A DNA stretch of 60,201 nt, the filler included, from Catajapyx aquilonaris (taxonomy: Eukaryota): assembly GCA_000934665.2 (NCBI GenBank). It is 3 parts of 3 records of this genome, joined end to end, with 100 filler letters (N's around TTAATTAATTAA, not from the genome) between each part and the next. Parts side by side here need not be neighbours in the genome. Positions count along the whole stretch, not along the records: positions 1 to 20,130 come from KZ539522.1; 2 more parts are not named here. The stretch is one strand, 5' to 3'. A program made the position numbers and the translations under genes. Positions 1 through 13,134 of this stretch are shown here, in pieces (the first letter of the stretch is position 1; the number at the start of each line of letters is the position of its first letter). The notes under the pieces were generated by a model. The model was given only the letters and a program-made list of their open reading frames with translations. It was not told where the DNA came from and ran no database searches.

Positions 1-31
<31 letters not shown>
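1..31. repeat. (AG)n microsatellite at segment start
   Basis: Pure AG dinucleotide run. Confidence 0.95.
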
Positions 32-32
<1 letters not shown>

Positions 33-470
33 TGACAATGCCTGTGAATTATATCACCCAAACCTTTTGTGCAGCAATTGTCCCCAAGAGTCCAAACAAT
101 AGGCTACTTTTATCACGTTTCCCATATACTGTGCAGTCTGCGCACCTGCATTGTATAATAAAGTATATATTTTTGTATGTTATGTGCTGCATAAATGCTA
201 AAAATGAATGGTAGCATTAATGTTCCTCTAGCCCATTACAACAGCACAAAGGGCCCCCTAATACAGTAGTATATAAAAAGAGATGGTCGGCAATATTTGA
301 AAGAAAATCACATTTTAAAACAACTGTAGCTTAAAATTAAGAAATTAATATTGTTGGCAATGAAACTATTATAATTTATGCATAAATAATTGCATTTCAG
401 TGCAGCAGTATATTCGCTAATTTCATAAGCTGCAGTTCATATAACGATGTTAAGAGTTGAATGCACTATA

Positions 471-678
471 CAGGGTGGTCCTACATCAAGTGTCGTTTTA
501 TAACCGCTATTAATAGAAGCGCTTTACGATTGACGTAGCAGCGACGTGTAAAATTGCCCACTTCGATGGCGCCGAAGATGCGCCGAAGTGGGACATTTTA
601 CGCGTCGCTGCTACGTCATCGCAAAATCACTGCTATTAATCGCCGTTATAAAATGACACTTGATGTTGGACCACCCTG
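471..678. mobile_element. Palindromic Tc1/mariner-type MITE
   Basis: TA|CAGGGTGGTCC...GGACCACCCTG|TA. The two halves are near-complementary along the whole length; TA target duplication. Confidence 0.9.
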
Positions 679-788
679 TATATAGGCCTACTGTATTATC
701 ACTTGGGAGAATAAAACATAATTATAAAAATCGGTGAAATCAAATGGATTCAGATCCATATGAGTTATTTAACTTACGTTGTGCTTAA

Positions 789-1749
789 GAGCGCGCTCTA
801 GGCTACGCTATTCATTGTTGCGGGTAGCCCGTCGCGGGCCGGCCCGTGAGTTTGACACTTCTTCCTCTCGCTGTCACGGCCGCAAATATGGAGGTATCGG
901 CATGAAACTGGAGTATATGGACGCGAAAGGGTTGCACTTTGAGATGGTACGCTTATTTTTCTCCTGGGGCGATATTTGCGGCCGCCGCGGCCAGGTACAT
1001 TTTTTTATTTTGATCCGCAATTACTCCTTTCCATGTCGGTATCTGTGAAATTCGAGAGCGTCAGCTTGTTTCTACGCCGAATTACCGTAAGTGTGTGAAA
1101 GGGCACGAGTGTGGGACTCTTGGTTTGGCCAAACTTTGGGATCGAAAATACCCCCCTCCATGAACAATAGCAACTCGCACGAAGAAAGGGACGATCTGGC
1201 AGCGCCGCACTGACTGCCAGTTCGGTAACCACGGCGACGGCCGGATAAAGTAGAGCGCTAATAATTATTAAAACGATGTAAACAAGTCAAGGGTGGCACA
1301 GTTGGTAACGCTGTGTCTTAGCAGTCAGCGCGGCGCTGCCAGATCGTCCCTTTCTTCGTGCGAGTTGTTATTGTTCATAGAGGGGGGTATTTTCAATCCC
1401 AAAGTTTGGCCAAACCAAGAGTCCCACACTCGTGCCGTTTCACACACTTACGGTAATTTGGCGTAGAAACAAGCTGACGCTCTCGAATTTCACAGATACC
1501 GACATGGAAAGGAGTAATTGCGGATCAAAATAAAAAAATGTACCTGGCCGCGGCGGCCGCAAATATCGCCCCAGGAGAAAAATAAGCGCACCATCTCAAA
1601 GTGCAACCCTTTCGCGTCCATATACTCCAGTTTCATGCCGATACCTCCATATTTGCGGCCGTGACAGCGAGAAGAAGAAGTGTCAAACTCACGGGCCGGC
1701 CCGCGACGGGCTACCCGCAACAATGAATAGCGTAGCCTAGAGCGCGCTC
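789..1749. mobile_element. Long-TIR foldback DNA transposon with TTAA target duplication (Kolobok-like)
   Basis: TTAA|GAGCGCGCTCTAGG...CCTAGAGCGCGCTC|TTAA. Arms of about 430 bp (789-~1218 and ~1321-1749) are near-identical, with a spacer of about 100 bp. TTAA target plus 5'-RR ends fits Kolobok better than piggyBac (CCY ends). Confidence 0.85.
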
Positions 1750-2879
1750 TTAAAGTGAAAGCATTTACCGCCAGAGAAATATTAGACTCTAAAGTTATTT
1801 TTAACATAAAACTATTCATGTATACACATTATTCATGACCCTTTGCTTAACTTACAATCAGTGGTTGTTCCAACATGGAGTAACACTACTTGCAGAAATT
1901 CGACTTATTTAGCTGATTGCCAGTAACAAAAAAAAAACAATCATGAGATAACTTGTCAGCAGAAACCATGGGCACAAATCAACTCCTCTTGAGGCCAATA
2001 AAAGGTATGGCCGCCGGCTCTTCTTTCAATCCCGCCGGCCATGACGAAATTACACCAAAACACCGGCTTGGGCAACACATTTCCGTAATAAATCAATATT
2101 TGGCCATCTAACTGCGGTGTTGTTATTGAGGCTCGTGGAAGTTTTTAGCAGCCAAAATTTCAGGTCGGAAAACCTTATACAGGCCTATACATTGCCATGC
2201 ACAAATTGGACACGTATCTTATTATAGAATTTTTTTGACGCAGAGTTTTGTCAAGGACCTTGCTGTACGTACAGATGTGCTTGAGGGGAAAAACTGCTTT
2301 GTTCGCTGCTTACCGGTGTACATGACAATTTTTCCTATACATAGAAGAAAAAAACAAAACAAAGGAGTATAGTCTATATAAGTTTTGCCCAGCTTAGAGG
2401 CCATACTGGCACATGTACAGTGTGACTTTCAGCTTCCGGGCCTTCCGAATGTATTTATTATTGGCGATGTTACAACCGTACGGCCCTGTAACAACCGACC
2501 CCGATACTTACATTAATTTTCGGATTTGCTGTTTGTTTGTTTGTTTGTTTGTTTTTATTACCACATTATGGAGCAGGATTTTCTGTAAAAAGCTTGATAA
2601 TAATCGGTTAGTGGAATGAAATAGTTTTATGATAAAAATTACGAGTCAGCGGCCACAACGTTATTCGGCCTCACTTATGGAGGAGGAACATAAAGCAGTT
2701 ATTTTGCACTGCTCAATTTCTCTAAGCAGTGTTTCTTCCTCGTTGAACCGTCACGTAAAGGGTGTCAATACTTACTTTACTCGGCATTTTAAAAATAACT
2801 TTAACACAAATGAAAATATCGTAACGAAATTTGAACTGAACTAACCTCATTGTGTGAGAAAGGATATTGCATCACAACA

Positions 2880-3330
2880 TGTGCTGCTGGAAATGGACCA
2901 TTTCAGTCCAGCAGGCAGTTCTGAACACAAAACTCCATATTTTGGAAGGTCCTGGCCGCAGCATGTCCTGAGGCACTGCATGAATTTCTTGGACGATGTT
3001 TTCTTTCAGCAAGGGGTCGATGAATAGTGGTTTGTTTCGGTATTATACACTCGCCCTTTCAAATAGCCCCATAAAAAGTAATTAGGTGGCGTAAGATCGG
3101 GCGACCACAGTGACCAAAGTCCCTTCGAAATATCTCGGTCACCGAAATATGACTGAATTTTAGTCATGCTCCTGGCATGTGTATTCAGAAACAAACCACG
3201 ATCCATCGACGCATTGAAAGAAAAACCCCATCCAACTGATCCAAGAAATTCGCGTAGTGCCTCAGGACATTTGGCCAGACTGTCCTTCCAAAATGTGGAG
3301 CTTCGTGTTCAGGACTGCCTGGACCATGAT
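2880..3330. mobile_element. Decayed Tc1/mariner (rosa/DD41D-like) transposase C-terminus, present twice in inverted orientation
   Basis: Minus strand reads FGDRDISKGLW...SPDLTPPNYFLWGYLKGRVY. Plus strand 3180-3325 reads VFRNKPRSIDALKE...FQNVELRVQDCLD and aligns with the reverse complement of ~2910-3050. Frameshifted. Confidence 0.8.
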
Positions 3331-6300
3331 CTTAGAATACTCAGGTCGTTTTGCAGGGGGTGCTCACCTGAGAGCGCCATGAGACACTTCAAAACATGCT
3401 TGTGTAAAACAAAACAACAACAAAAATGCAAAAAAATAGAAGAATTTCCAAAACCAGGCAAATGCCTCAATCTTGCTTGGCACTTGCCTCGTTCTGACTC
3501 GTTGCATGAGTGATGGCTGAAAACTTTCGGTATATCGATACATTCGGAACAAAGACTCGTATAGGACAGCCAGAAAAACACAGAAAAATGATTTTCAGCC
3601 AAAATGGCACTTGCCTCGTTATGGAAGAGCAGCACCCCTCATTATAATGAGGGTACCCCGACAATATGCAGCAAATTATATTTGCAAGAATGAATTGAGC
3701 AGATCTATCGTGTGACTGGGCAAATTAGCGCGGACGTAAGGCATTAGGGAGTTCCGTTTTGGTGGGGAAATGTTTCAAGGCGTTCTCTCAAAATAAGTAG
3801 TATTCCACTCAAGTAACCACGCCCTTCGAAACATTTTTCGAACCATGAAACCAGATTTTGTGGGATGTTGAGAACTCTTGCCGCCATATCAATCCTTTCG
3901 TCGCTATTATAGGTTATACACACTCTGGATTATTACCTTCCAAATATTTCCAGGCTATACCAGTGCACAAGTACGGGCCATTAAAATAGCAGCACATTAC
4001 CATAGCGGAGAAGACATTTTCTCTTTGCAAGTCCATCTCATGAAACCTGAAGCCAGGTCCCCTATACACCCTCAACAACCCCGCAGTGTCACTGCACAGT
4101 GTATTAACCAGGCATTGAGCATCCCTGACTGAAGCCTTTCACTGGGCGATGATCCCGTCCTTATCGGGCTGGAAACCGGTGACGCATGATATACTCATTC
4201 ATCCCAGCTCGCGGATTTCCTCCCCAAATTAAAACAGCGCCAAAATACCATTCTACTCATCTTTCCGCCTACCTGATGGAGACGGGCTTTCCAAAATATT
4301 GATCACCCGGTAGCACTTCTTAACTAAATGTGCAGTCCGGATTTCCCTTTACCATCCTTCAGTGAAGCATGAACTGTTACTTACTGAAATGAGACGTACC
4401 CCGTAACAAAGTACGTGACCTGGCCACAATTTGAGTTCCACAAATTGCTCCATCTTCATTATTGTTACGATACGGATAAGGACTGGCGGCACAAGGGCAC
4501 TCGAGAGTATCAATTTGTTTTCCCCGTCTCTTTTGTTAGGTGGACGTTCGCAATTATAACTGGCGAGTCGACTCTTCTCTCCCGTTCATTGGTTCGGTTC
4601 GGTGGAGGGAAAAAGAAGCCCCATCATCAGGAGGGGGTCCACTTCCATTTCAATATGTTGGGGGCGAGGGTAGCTTCCGGCGGTGCAGTGTTGCAAGGGG
4701 GATCAAATTGGTTTCCTACAACCGGGCTCCCCTTTCCCCTGGCAACACTGCCCATGACTCACATCCTCGCACTTTTGGCCACTCCCTCTGGCACTCAGCC
4801 TATTAAATAAATGCCACTCGCTCAATCATTTCTGGCATTGGATGGTTTCCTCATTAGCCTGCACCCGAAGTGCAGAAAAAAAAAGTGCGTGATTATTCCA
4901 TCACACGACAGCGTCAACATCACGCGAATCAAACGTGCAACAGCGGAAAAAAGGACGCCTTCCAAGCTGGCTGGCTTATCGCGAAAGCTTTCCACGTGCC
5001 TGAAATAACCCGGCAACATACGCCCTATCTTGGCCGCCCCATCAACCCCGGAGGTTATATCTTTCACCTGCTCCTCTCATCCAGACCGCCACCATTTCTC
5101 TTTGTCAAGCGTCCCTCCCAAGCCCTGTCCCCACTGAGCTGTCGTGTCGTCTCCAACCCCCCCTGTGCTCACGGCAAGGTTGTGTCTTAGCTGGCCGTAT
5201 ACAGGACAGTACTTGGGCACTTTGCACATGAGAGGTTGCTCAAGGCGCGGCAGGCAAGGAGACAGGTTAACCTTGAGGGCGAAGGAACTAAAACACTGGT
5301 CCCGACTTCCCTGCCAAGGTGGCCGAGAGTGAGAAGAGCAAACCCAAGCATGGAGTTGCCCCCACCCAGGGAACATTCTTCCTTTTATGGAGGGGCTGAG
5401 AAGGGCGTCCCTCATGCCACTCCCCCCTTCTTCCCCTGACAGCAGCCGCGTCCTTCCCCCTCTCCACCTCCCAAATATAGCCATAGATTCATGATACTGC
5501 ACTTAGGTACTTGGCAAGGGCATCTTTTCATAAGCTGGCGGAACTGGGTTGAATAATACCGAGCGCGTTGTTGCGTGTAATATATCGCCGGGTGTCACTG
5601 GCAATTAAAAGTGAAAGATTGGACCGGCAGGTTTTATCAAATCGGGGTGGGAAACTGGTTAGTTATACGTGCGGCAGGCATTTCTTTGTGTCTCGGGAGA
5701 AAATGGTAGGAGGGTGATGAGGATGACACCAAACGATGCATACGAGACGATGGCCAGTGCCTTCAATGTCGTCAGAACTTGGCAGAAATGAGTGGAAGGG
5801 GGGACAGGCAAGGGGACGTTCACCCCAGGCATCCAATGGCACTTTCCTCATACTTGGGCCACAGATTCTTCTGCTCAATTTTCAAAACACGACACGGACA
5901 CTCCGAAGTGCACTTTCAAATAACTATTACTGTTCATGAAAACAGGGAATATTCTCAGGATAAATTATAAGATTATAGTATTACTTCACATAATAATTCG
6001 AGAATAGCATAATGTGCGTCTTAGAGATGTATCTCGACGAGTAACTTCCTGAGCACCACAATGAAACGTGGGCAATAAGAAGCTGCAGGCCGTTACTCAT
6101 TCCGCCAGCATGATTGCTCGTGCGGTAAAGTATGGCTGCTGAAATATTCCTGAAAGCTACCTGTATAGGCTATCTTTTCTACAAGAGGCGAATTCAACCG
6201 TTGTAATATCCTTCTCAATGTGTGTGTCGTAATGTATAGTTCATCTTGCTGGTTCAAATAATATTGTCCGGGATACTACAGTGTCATGGGGGAGGTCATG

Positions 6301-7677
6301 TCGTTCATTAAAATTTCTGACTGACAATAGGCATTATAATTATAGGTCTATATTAGCCCAGCGGTCATGCAACTTCTTTTTTGTCATGGAACCATTTTGC
6401 TTCACACCGAAGCCCCGTATATTATCCCAGGGAATAGTAATTTTGTCTCATTTTTTTGTCTGAATTACACTATGCACTCTCCTCTAATTTATGTCGCACA
6501 AGTGGCGGATGCTTCTATACATTTCTGGCATGAGAAAATGCATGGATTAATAAATCATCTCTTACTCCAAGTATATCTTCGCAGAACCTTTGAGCCAGAC
6601 ACATGCATATACACTCGGATTCAGCGGTTCAACACTGGTTTAAGACCTCTTTATTAGCTATTGTTTATAAGAAGCCTGCTGGGCTAAAGGAAAGCAGAAA
6701 ACAAAGGGGCTCCTTTGTTGTGTCAACAGGCTTGTTTAAAAATAATCGGGCCATAAAGCAAAAGCGAACCTATGGAATAAATCCTTCACTTTCAGGGTAT
6801 GATTCCTCTGTGTCACGTACAATATATGTAACCCCAACTTATTACTTATCACCTGCATCGTATACCTGTCAAACACTGCGACTAATCCAAGAAATTGTTT
6901 ACTGCCTGGCGATTACAATTCCAAACACTGTCCATCTGAATAACCATTGCGAAATAACACCTACGCAATAAGCCAATGTATACAACCTTGCACAATGTTC
7001 CAATGTATAAGACAGGCTCTAGCTAGTGAGAGGAAGCTGCGCCTTGGCCCCAAATCAAGGCGCAGTATAAGCATGCCAGAAACCTGCTGCAAGTATACTG
7101 GGGGAGTGCAGTACACGCTGAGAGGACATATTATCAGAATCAGCGGCCAGAGAGAGAGAGGGAATTTGACCCTTTCCACATGCTGACATTCTCCCCTCAC
7201 AAACCCCAATCTCGGCGCTTGGGGTCCCCCCCTCCCCCTCCCTCTCTCTCCCCCTCCCCATCCCAAGCAGCATAAATGAAAATATTCCCCCGCCGCTCCT
7301 GGTCAATAACCACCCAGAGAGAAAGTGGGCCAGTGTTGCGCAGGCGCCGCACACGCGCCGACACGCGATTTTACCATCACTACTGCTTTCTCCTACTCCA
7401 CCACAACCAGCTCAAATTAGGGACCATCACTTCTGGGGGTGCGACAAACAAACGCCTTCAAACCAGCATGCTATAAACACCATGCCAGCATATATAGCAA
7501 CTATATCCAGACCGAACCCGACCAACGATTTCATGCACTCTATCGCAGCTTTCAGATGCAGTGGAGAGGGTTACAATTTGGTATAAATTAGTACCAAAAG
7601 TCTAGCTTGTAAGCTATAATCGGGAGCAACCGGTTTTAAAAGAAACAGGTTTTGCACTTGACAGCACGTATAATATA

Positions 7678-9130
7678 CAGCAGGGTGGCGCCGGTAAATT
7701 AGGACACATTCTGCAATCTATTAGAACAAAGACAACAATCTGTAGATTACTGTAATATATTATTGGTATAGCTACAAGCTGTGTCTCTTGGTTCTACAAA
7801 ACCGCCATGGTCAACATTGTGAACCGCACCATGACCAGCCAATAGGACAAGAGAGCCACTACTATCGTGGCTGTCCGCGCCGAAAGGACACCCAAGGACA
7901 TAGTGGAGTTCCTCAAGCTCCCAAAAGAGCCTGATTTACTGGGATAAAAAATAACTATGATGCTGCCGAGAACCAGAAGAAGTTCTTTCCGTACGCAAAC
8001 TTCATTCCCATCGCTTTATCACCAAGAGAGACAAGGAGTTTGTCACCTCAGTTGTCGAGAAGATTGAGAAGAAGGAGAGGACCCTGGCAAGCCCATATGC
8101 TTCCAGGCCAACTAGAGAACAGTTGTGCACCACAAGATCATCTCCAAGATGGTGAAAGAGTCTGAGTTATGATGAAGGCCTATTCTTTAGGACTGCTGGC
8201 TGTCTCCTGATGGATGCCAGCCAGAAGAGACTTAAGGTACCACTATGGGTGTCGGACTTTTGTCCCCCGCAGCTTCCCAAACTGCAACCCCCTTAACTGA
8301 GACATGTGTGGGGGGTGTGGCATTGTTGAGAGAGGGGTTGACAATCTCCACAACAATACAGCGAGTCAAGATTGCCGTTTCCGAGGTGATGGGGCACATG
8401 AAAAAGGATATCCTCGCCATGTGAACTCTTCAGGTCTCTCCTATATAGAGGCTGTTGTGGCCACCAATATGGTGGACACATTATTAAAAATGTAAACTGT
8501 AGATACAGTATACTTATGTTTGCCAATTAATTTCATTGTAATCACCTATTCCTCTTTTTATCGACGTTTCTATCTAGTAAAACTTCTATAAGTCGAATCT
8601 CCATTGGGACCGGAATAAAACTTCGAGTTATAGAAGATTCGAGTTAGATAAGTTTGGATTTTCTTAAGCACATAACTCTATAAGGAAGCCTATACCTTTA
8701 TATCCAGCGACAAAAGGTGTTCAAAACTTAAAAACAACTGTCACTATCACACTTACAATGTTCCTCGTTGTTTTGTTGTCAGTTAAAAAAAATCTCCGTT
8801 ATGGACATTTGCCTATACTCTTAGATTCAAGGATTCAATTGTCACAATCGAGTCAAACACTTCTTTTGGTACATCTGGTAGACGGAGATCAGGAAATTGA
8901 GCCCTTTTGTACATGTGGCCTAACCCTTTGGCTGTGGGAAATGAGAAAATTTTCCGTATATACTCACCAACATGAACTTCGACTCAGGGAGACTGAAAAT
9001 GCATTGAAATCCCATCGTAAGGCCCTGCCTTCACTTCGAGTTATGGAGAACTTCGAGTTAGGGAAGTTCGACTTATAGAAGTTTTACTGTACTCGTTTAT
9101 CTGTCCTAATTTAACGGCGCCACCCTGCTG
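7678..9130 (+). mobile_element. Internally deleted Tc1/mariner element (maT/DD37D-like) with decayed transposase
   Basis: TA|CAGCAGGGTGGCGCC..AAATTAGGACA and matching right end TGTCCTAATTT..GGCGCCACCCTGCTG|TA. N-terminal remnant RATTIVAVRAERTPKDIVEFLKLP (~7853) and C-terminal remnant GIVERGV...IEAVVA (~8320-8465), with stops and frameshifts. Confidence 0.8.
8574..9089. mobile_element. pogo/Tigger-like MITE nested inside the maT-like element
   Basis: AGTAAAACTTCTATAAGTCGAA ... TTCGACTTATAGAAGTTTTACTG|TA, with repeated subterminal TTCGAGTTA motifs. Confidence 0.8.
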
Positions 9131-9269
9131 TAATGGCTGACTCTGTTTGCAGCACGCATGAAATGTGAATAATTTCTGAATTTTACCTCCTGATTCGAAA
9201 CATTCTGCAGGGATTTCGATCCCTTGAAACACTGGATTCATTTTATAGTCTAGAATTATAATACTCGTA

Positions 9270-9756
9270 AGGCTGTTTAACGAGGCGATCTGTCGCCGCT
9301 TAGCGGAGCGGATGCGAAACGGGGGACCCGCCCGCTGCGCGATCTTGAATCTCGAGTTGGGCGATCTCGAATCGCGAGTTTGGCGTTTTGACAATCGCGT
9401 GCCTAGCGATCGAACGCAGTTGCTGTGGGAAATGGCGACCATAGACCTCCATTGCCGCAAATGCCTGTTGCTGAGGAAGAAGCAGCTCTTACTGCCTCTG
9501 CTGCTAAATGGAAATGCACCACGCAGGTGGTCAGTGCGGCAGCCGCCATCTGTTTTCGCTCCTCCGCCTGGCGGATCCGCCATGGCGGGCGATCGTGTCC
9601 GACCGAGACGGACAGCCCTCGCCCGCTTCGCGATTCGGGCAGTTCCGCTCCCCTCGCGAATCGCGGGTTTTGCGTTTGCACGTGAATTGCTGGCGGACGC
9701 GAATCGCCAGACGCAACCGCTGCGGCGGGCGGAATCGCGACCTCGTGAAACAGCCT
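9270..9756. mobile_element. PIF/Harbinger-like non-autonomous element
   Basis: GTA|AGGCTGTTTAACGAGG ... CCTCGTGAAACAGCCT|GTA: 3-bp target duplication, GC-rich imperfect foldback interior. Confidence 0.8.
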
Positions 9757-10390
9757 GTACCTGATGCTTGAAAAACAAATAAGTTAATAGATTTTCTTGA
9801 TGTAGTATATGGCAAAAAAAAAGCCCAAGCATGCAATTTCTGGCACAAGGCCGAAAGAAAAGAAAAAATTATACGCAAGTGACTTGGTCATTGTTGCTCA
9901 GTCAAGAGAAGGGTTGTATGTGATCATTGCATCCAAGAAAATAGCTTGTATATCCGAAGAGTTTGTTGACCAATGATTTAAACGCCACGACGAGACACGG
10001 CTTGAAATGTTGCTCGCCAAGCAGAAAAAGTCCACCACCCAAGACAAAGGAAGGACTCATGTTGAAGAAGGTTTGATTCTATTCTTTCTAAATCTTGAAA
10101 ATATCGTCAGCAAAGCAAATTGTGAGGGAATTTGAAATGCAAAGCAGCATAACATTTTGATTCAAATCCTATGAGAAGAGAGGTCGTCATCAGGAAGAGT
10201 TTTCCAGCGTCACCTCAATAACAGCAAATAATAAGGACACATTTTGGGCACGTTAATCTTCCATGATTTTCATGTGCTGCGAGTAGGGCCTATATGGATA
10301 TTTTTATAAAAATTGAGACAATGTTATGTCGATGTACTGCACACTAGTAGTCTATTTGATAACAGCGCACAAACTCACTAACTGTAAGTA

Positions 10391-10953
10391 CAATTGAATC
10401 CGGATATAACAGACGTCAAGGGACCAAGGAAATCAGTCTGTTATATCCTAGTTTTGTTATAGCCAAATCGCCACTTTTGCAACGAAATCGCACGTTTTAT
10501 GCTTTCATAATATGATTATAGTGCACACTATACTGATTAATGAAACTATCCACAAACATGCACAATTAGGTCACCCGTAACTTAGGCAAGACAAAAAAAA
10601 AATCCGGCATTTTCTTCTGTGCCGTCTATAGTTCTTGGCAAAATATACCAGAAAATAATGGTTTTGACATTTTTTTGCAAGTTAGATCAGTGACAGGTGG
10701 GAAAATCCCCCCAGCTCCAGTACATGCAGTCCTTTCCTTGCGTGGGAAAGGAAGCTAAGTAATCAAAAACAGCATATCTTGCCACCGAGGGGCCAAAAAA
10801 TTATCTGTTACAGCCGACGAGGTGAGGTGAAAATTAGTCTGTTATAACAGTAGTAAAAATATACACAGGGCCTTATGGAAGTTTTTCGAGTATGTTATAA
10901 CCGAAAGTCCGTTATATCCTAGGCTGTTATAAACGGATTCAACATTTCAACTG
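10391..10953. mobile_element. pogo/Tigger-like MITE (CAGTTGAATCCGGATATAAC family), long copy
   Basis: TA|CAATTGAATCCGGATATAACAG ... CTGTTATAAACGGATTCAAC(ATTTCAAC)TG|TA, repeated GTTATA motifs; same family as 17454-17672. Confidence 0.85.
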
Positions 10954-11688
10954 TATATATTAAGGCCAAAATAATAAGTGTCGGAAATTCACAACACATG
11001 TGTTGTGAATTTCCGATTTATTCCACCATCATGCATGGTGGAATATAAATGATAAAAAATTCCTATGGGTCTTCTAAAATATCTACATTGTTCAGGTAAA
11101 GTATACCATAATTTTGCAATTACAAGTCACTATATGCAGAGTTTTGCTTGATAAACCTATACATTATTTGCTAATAATATTTACAAAATGTCGGGTTGAC
11201 TGATTTGAAATGATCACCAGTACGCCCCATTTAAATGAATAATTTCTATCAAAAACATTTCACATCAGCTAGTATAGTCCAACTGTCACCAAAATTGCAC
11301 GAATAGGCCTATTAGTCTATATACTGTTGCATCCTGTGTATAGGCATACAAGTGAAAACGCACTTACAAGTCCACACAAAAAAACAGGTTCGAGTTAATC
11401 AGAGGCAAAGATTTGACCTTGAACTTGTTTATGGCTACAGTAACCAAAATAATTATTAGTGATATCTGAAAATCCCGGTTTCCTATCTCATTATTTGTAA
11501 TCTTTAGAACTAAAGAGACTTCGGCACTATACGCCCAACAACATAGGCTATATAATTATAGAGCAGAAAAAACGATAAACGACTCTATAAACAGACAAAA
11601 TTGGAGATCGTATATATGTCACTTGTATATGCTGCCTATACGATATAAACATCCACACAATCTATCACAAAAGGCCTATAGACCAGTG

Positions 11689-11750
11689 CAGTGGTTCCCA
11701 ACCTGGGGTGCGTGAGAGGATTTCAAGGGGGGGGGGGGGGCGTGAGGCCA
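11689..11750. mobile_element. hAT-type MITE left end
   Basis: CAGTGGTTCCCAACCTGGGGTGCGTG, the same terminus as 18788-19012. No partner end found. Confidence 0.55.
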
Positions 11751-12359
11751 TAAGAAATACGTAAAATAATGTAACATGTTTCCGCTTGGAGCTGCTGGCA
11801 ATATGAAGGGACCGACTTTTCCTCTTGCTTGTATCCCATGCGCTTACAGTGTGCACCAATAATATTCTCGATATCATTTTAAGTTTAACTCGACCTCAAT
11901 TTTGACTCGTTTCGATCCACGAATAAAGCACCGCTCTTTCCCCGCCAGATATACTCTTGCACAATATCCGTTGTTATACTTCCTCCAATACTGTAGAGAG
12001 TGTAGACTATTATATTTTATATACAATATACCGGTAGACCTATACACTTTTAGTCATCTCACACAAAAAAGCCTGTAATTCTCGCCATGCTTAACCAATC
12101 TCCATGTGACTTGAAGTGTCCCAAAGAGAAGAATATCTAATGAGTAATGACCATCGCTTTAACACAACTTTTATTTTTCCAGGAATCAGTGAACTAAAAT
12201 AACGATTATTTTCGCTGACTCCCGGAAAAATAAAAGCTCACTATATTCCGAACAGCACCGGTGTGCTGGAGAAGTGTGGAGGAAGTGTGCCTCCACTGGA
12301 GTCCAGTGGAGGCACACTTTGCCTTTATACATAATTTTGTCACAATGCAAGTGACAGCT

Positions 12360-12362
<3 letters not shown>

Positions 12363-12398
<36 letters not shown>
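12363..12398. repeat. (AT)n microsatellite
   Basis: Pure AT run. Confidence 0.9.
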
Positions 12399-12401
<3 letters not shown>

Positions 12402-12711
12402 TCATATTATGTATACAAAGAAGGGCATGAATTATTAATGCTAATTTCGCGCGTATATATGTTGAGCATAACTTACAGAGAATTCATAAAAGCATAAGGT
12501 GGGGCTCAGGGTGGGGCTTTCAATTTCAGTATATTAATATAGTCTCACCGTAAACCAGACATCAAATGTGCAACAAAAACGCGAAGTTTTTATTAACATG
12601 TTTAATTAATTTCAATGCCTGATTCAATCGGCTGATTGCCCTGCAGACATTTAGGTGGTACCGGTATAACTTAATCATTCCCCCCCCCCCCCCCCCCCCC
12701 CACCCAAAACA

Positions 12712-12884
12712 NNNNNNNNNNNNNNNNNNNNNNNNNNNNNNNNNNNNNNNNNNNNNNNNNNNNNNNNNNNNNNNNNNNNNNNNNNNNNNNNNNNNNNNNN
12801 NNNNNNNNNNNNNNNNNNNNNNNNNNNNNNNNNNNNNNNNNNNNNNNNNNNNNNNNNNNNNNNNNNNNNNNNNNNNNNNNNNNN
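12712..12884. other. Assembly gap flanked by poly-C tracts
   Basis: N run between C homopolymers. A hAT-like end (GATCCGCCACTG, ending 13035) lies just downstream. Confidence 0.9.
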
Positions 12885-13134
12885 CCCCCCCCCCCCCAAA
12901 CAATTTTTTTTAAAAAAACTCTGTAAGCACATCGGATAAAAGCAAGTAAAATACAATTGCGACATGGCAATTTTTCTGTTTCTTGCTTTAGCTTGGGGGG
13001 GGGGGGGGGGGGGGGGGGGCATAGATCCGCCACTGCATGGGTATGACCGAACGTAATGAAAGTTCATCTATCAAATAAGTCATCCAAGTTGCACCACTTC
13101 AGCTTATGTGAACACTGAAATTAACAATATATTA

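Noticed and set aside
779..1819. Two ORFs with the same peptide on opposite strands
   Set aside because: A by-product of the long inverted repeat, with no recognisable protein features. The same applies to 45197-45424 and 45502-45750.
9041..9878. 263-aa and other overlapping ORFs as a gene
   Set aside because: They span a GC-rich Harbinger-like MITE with few stop codons and cross its boundaries.
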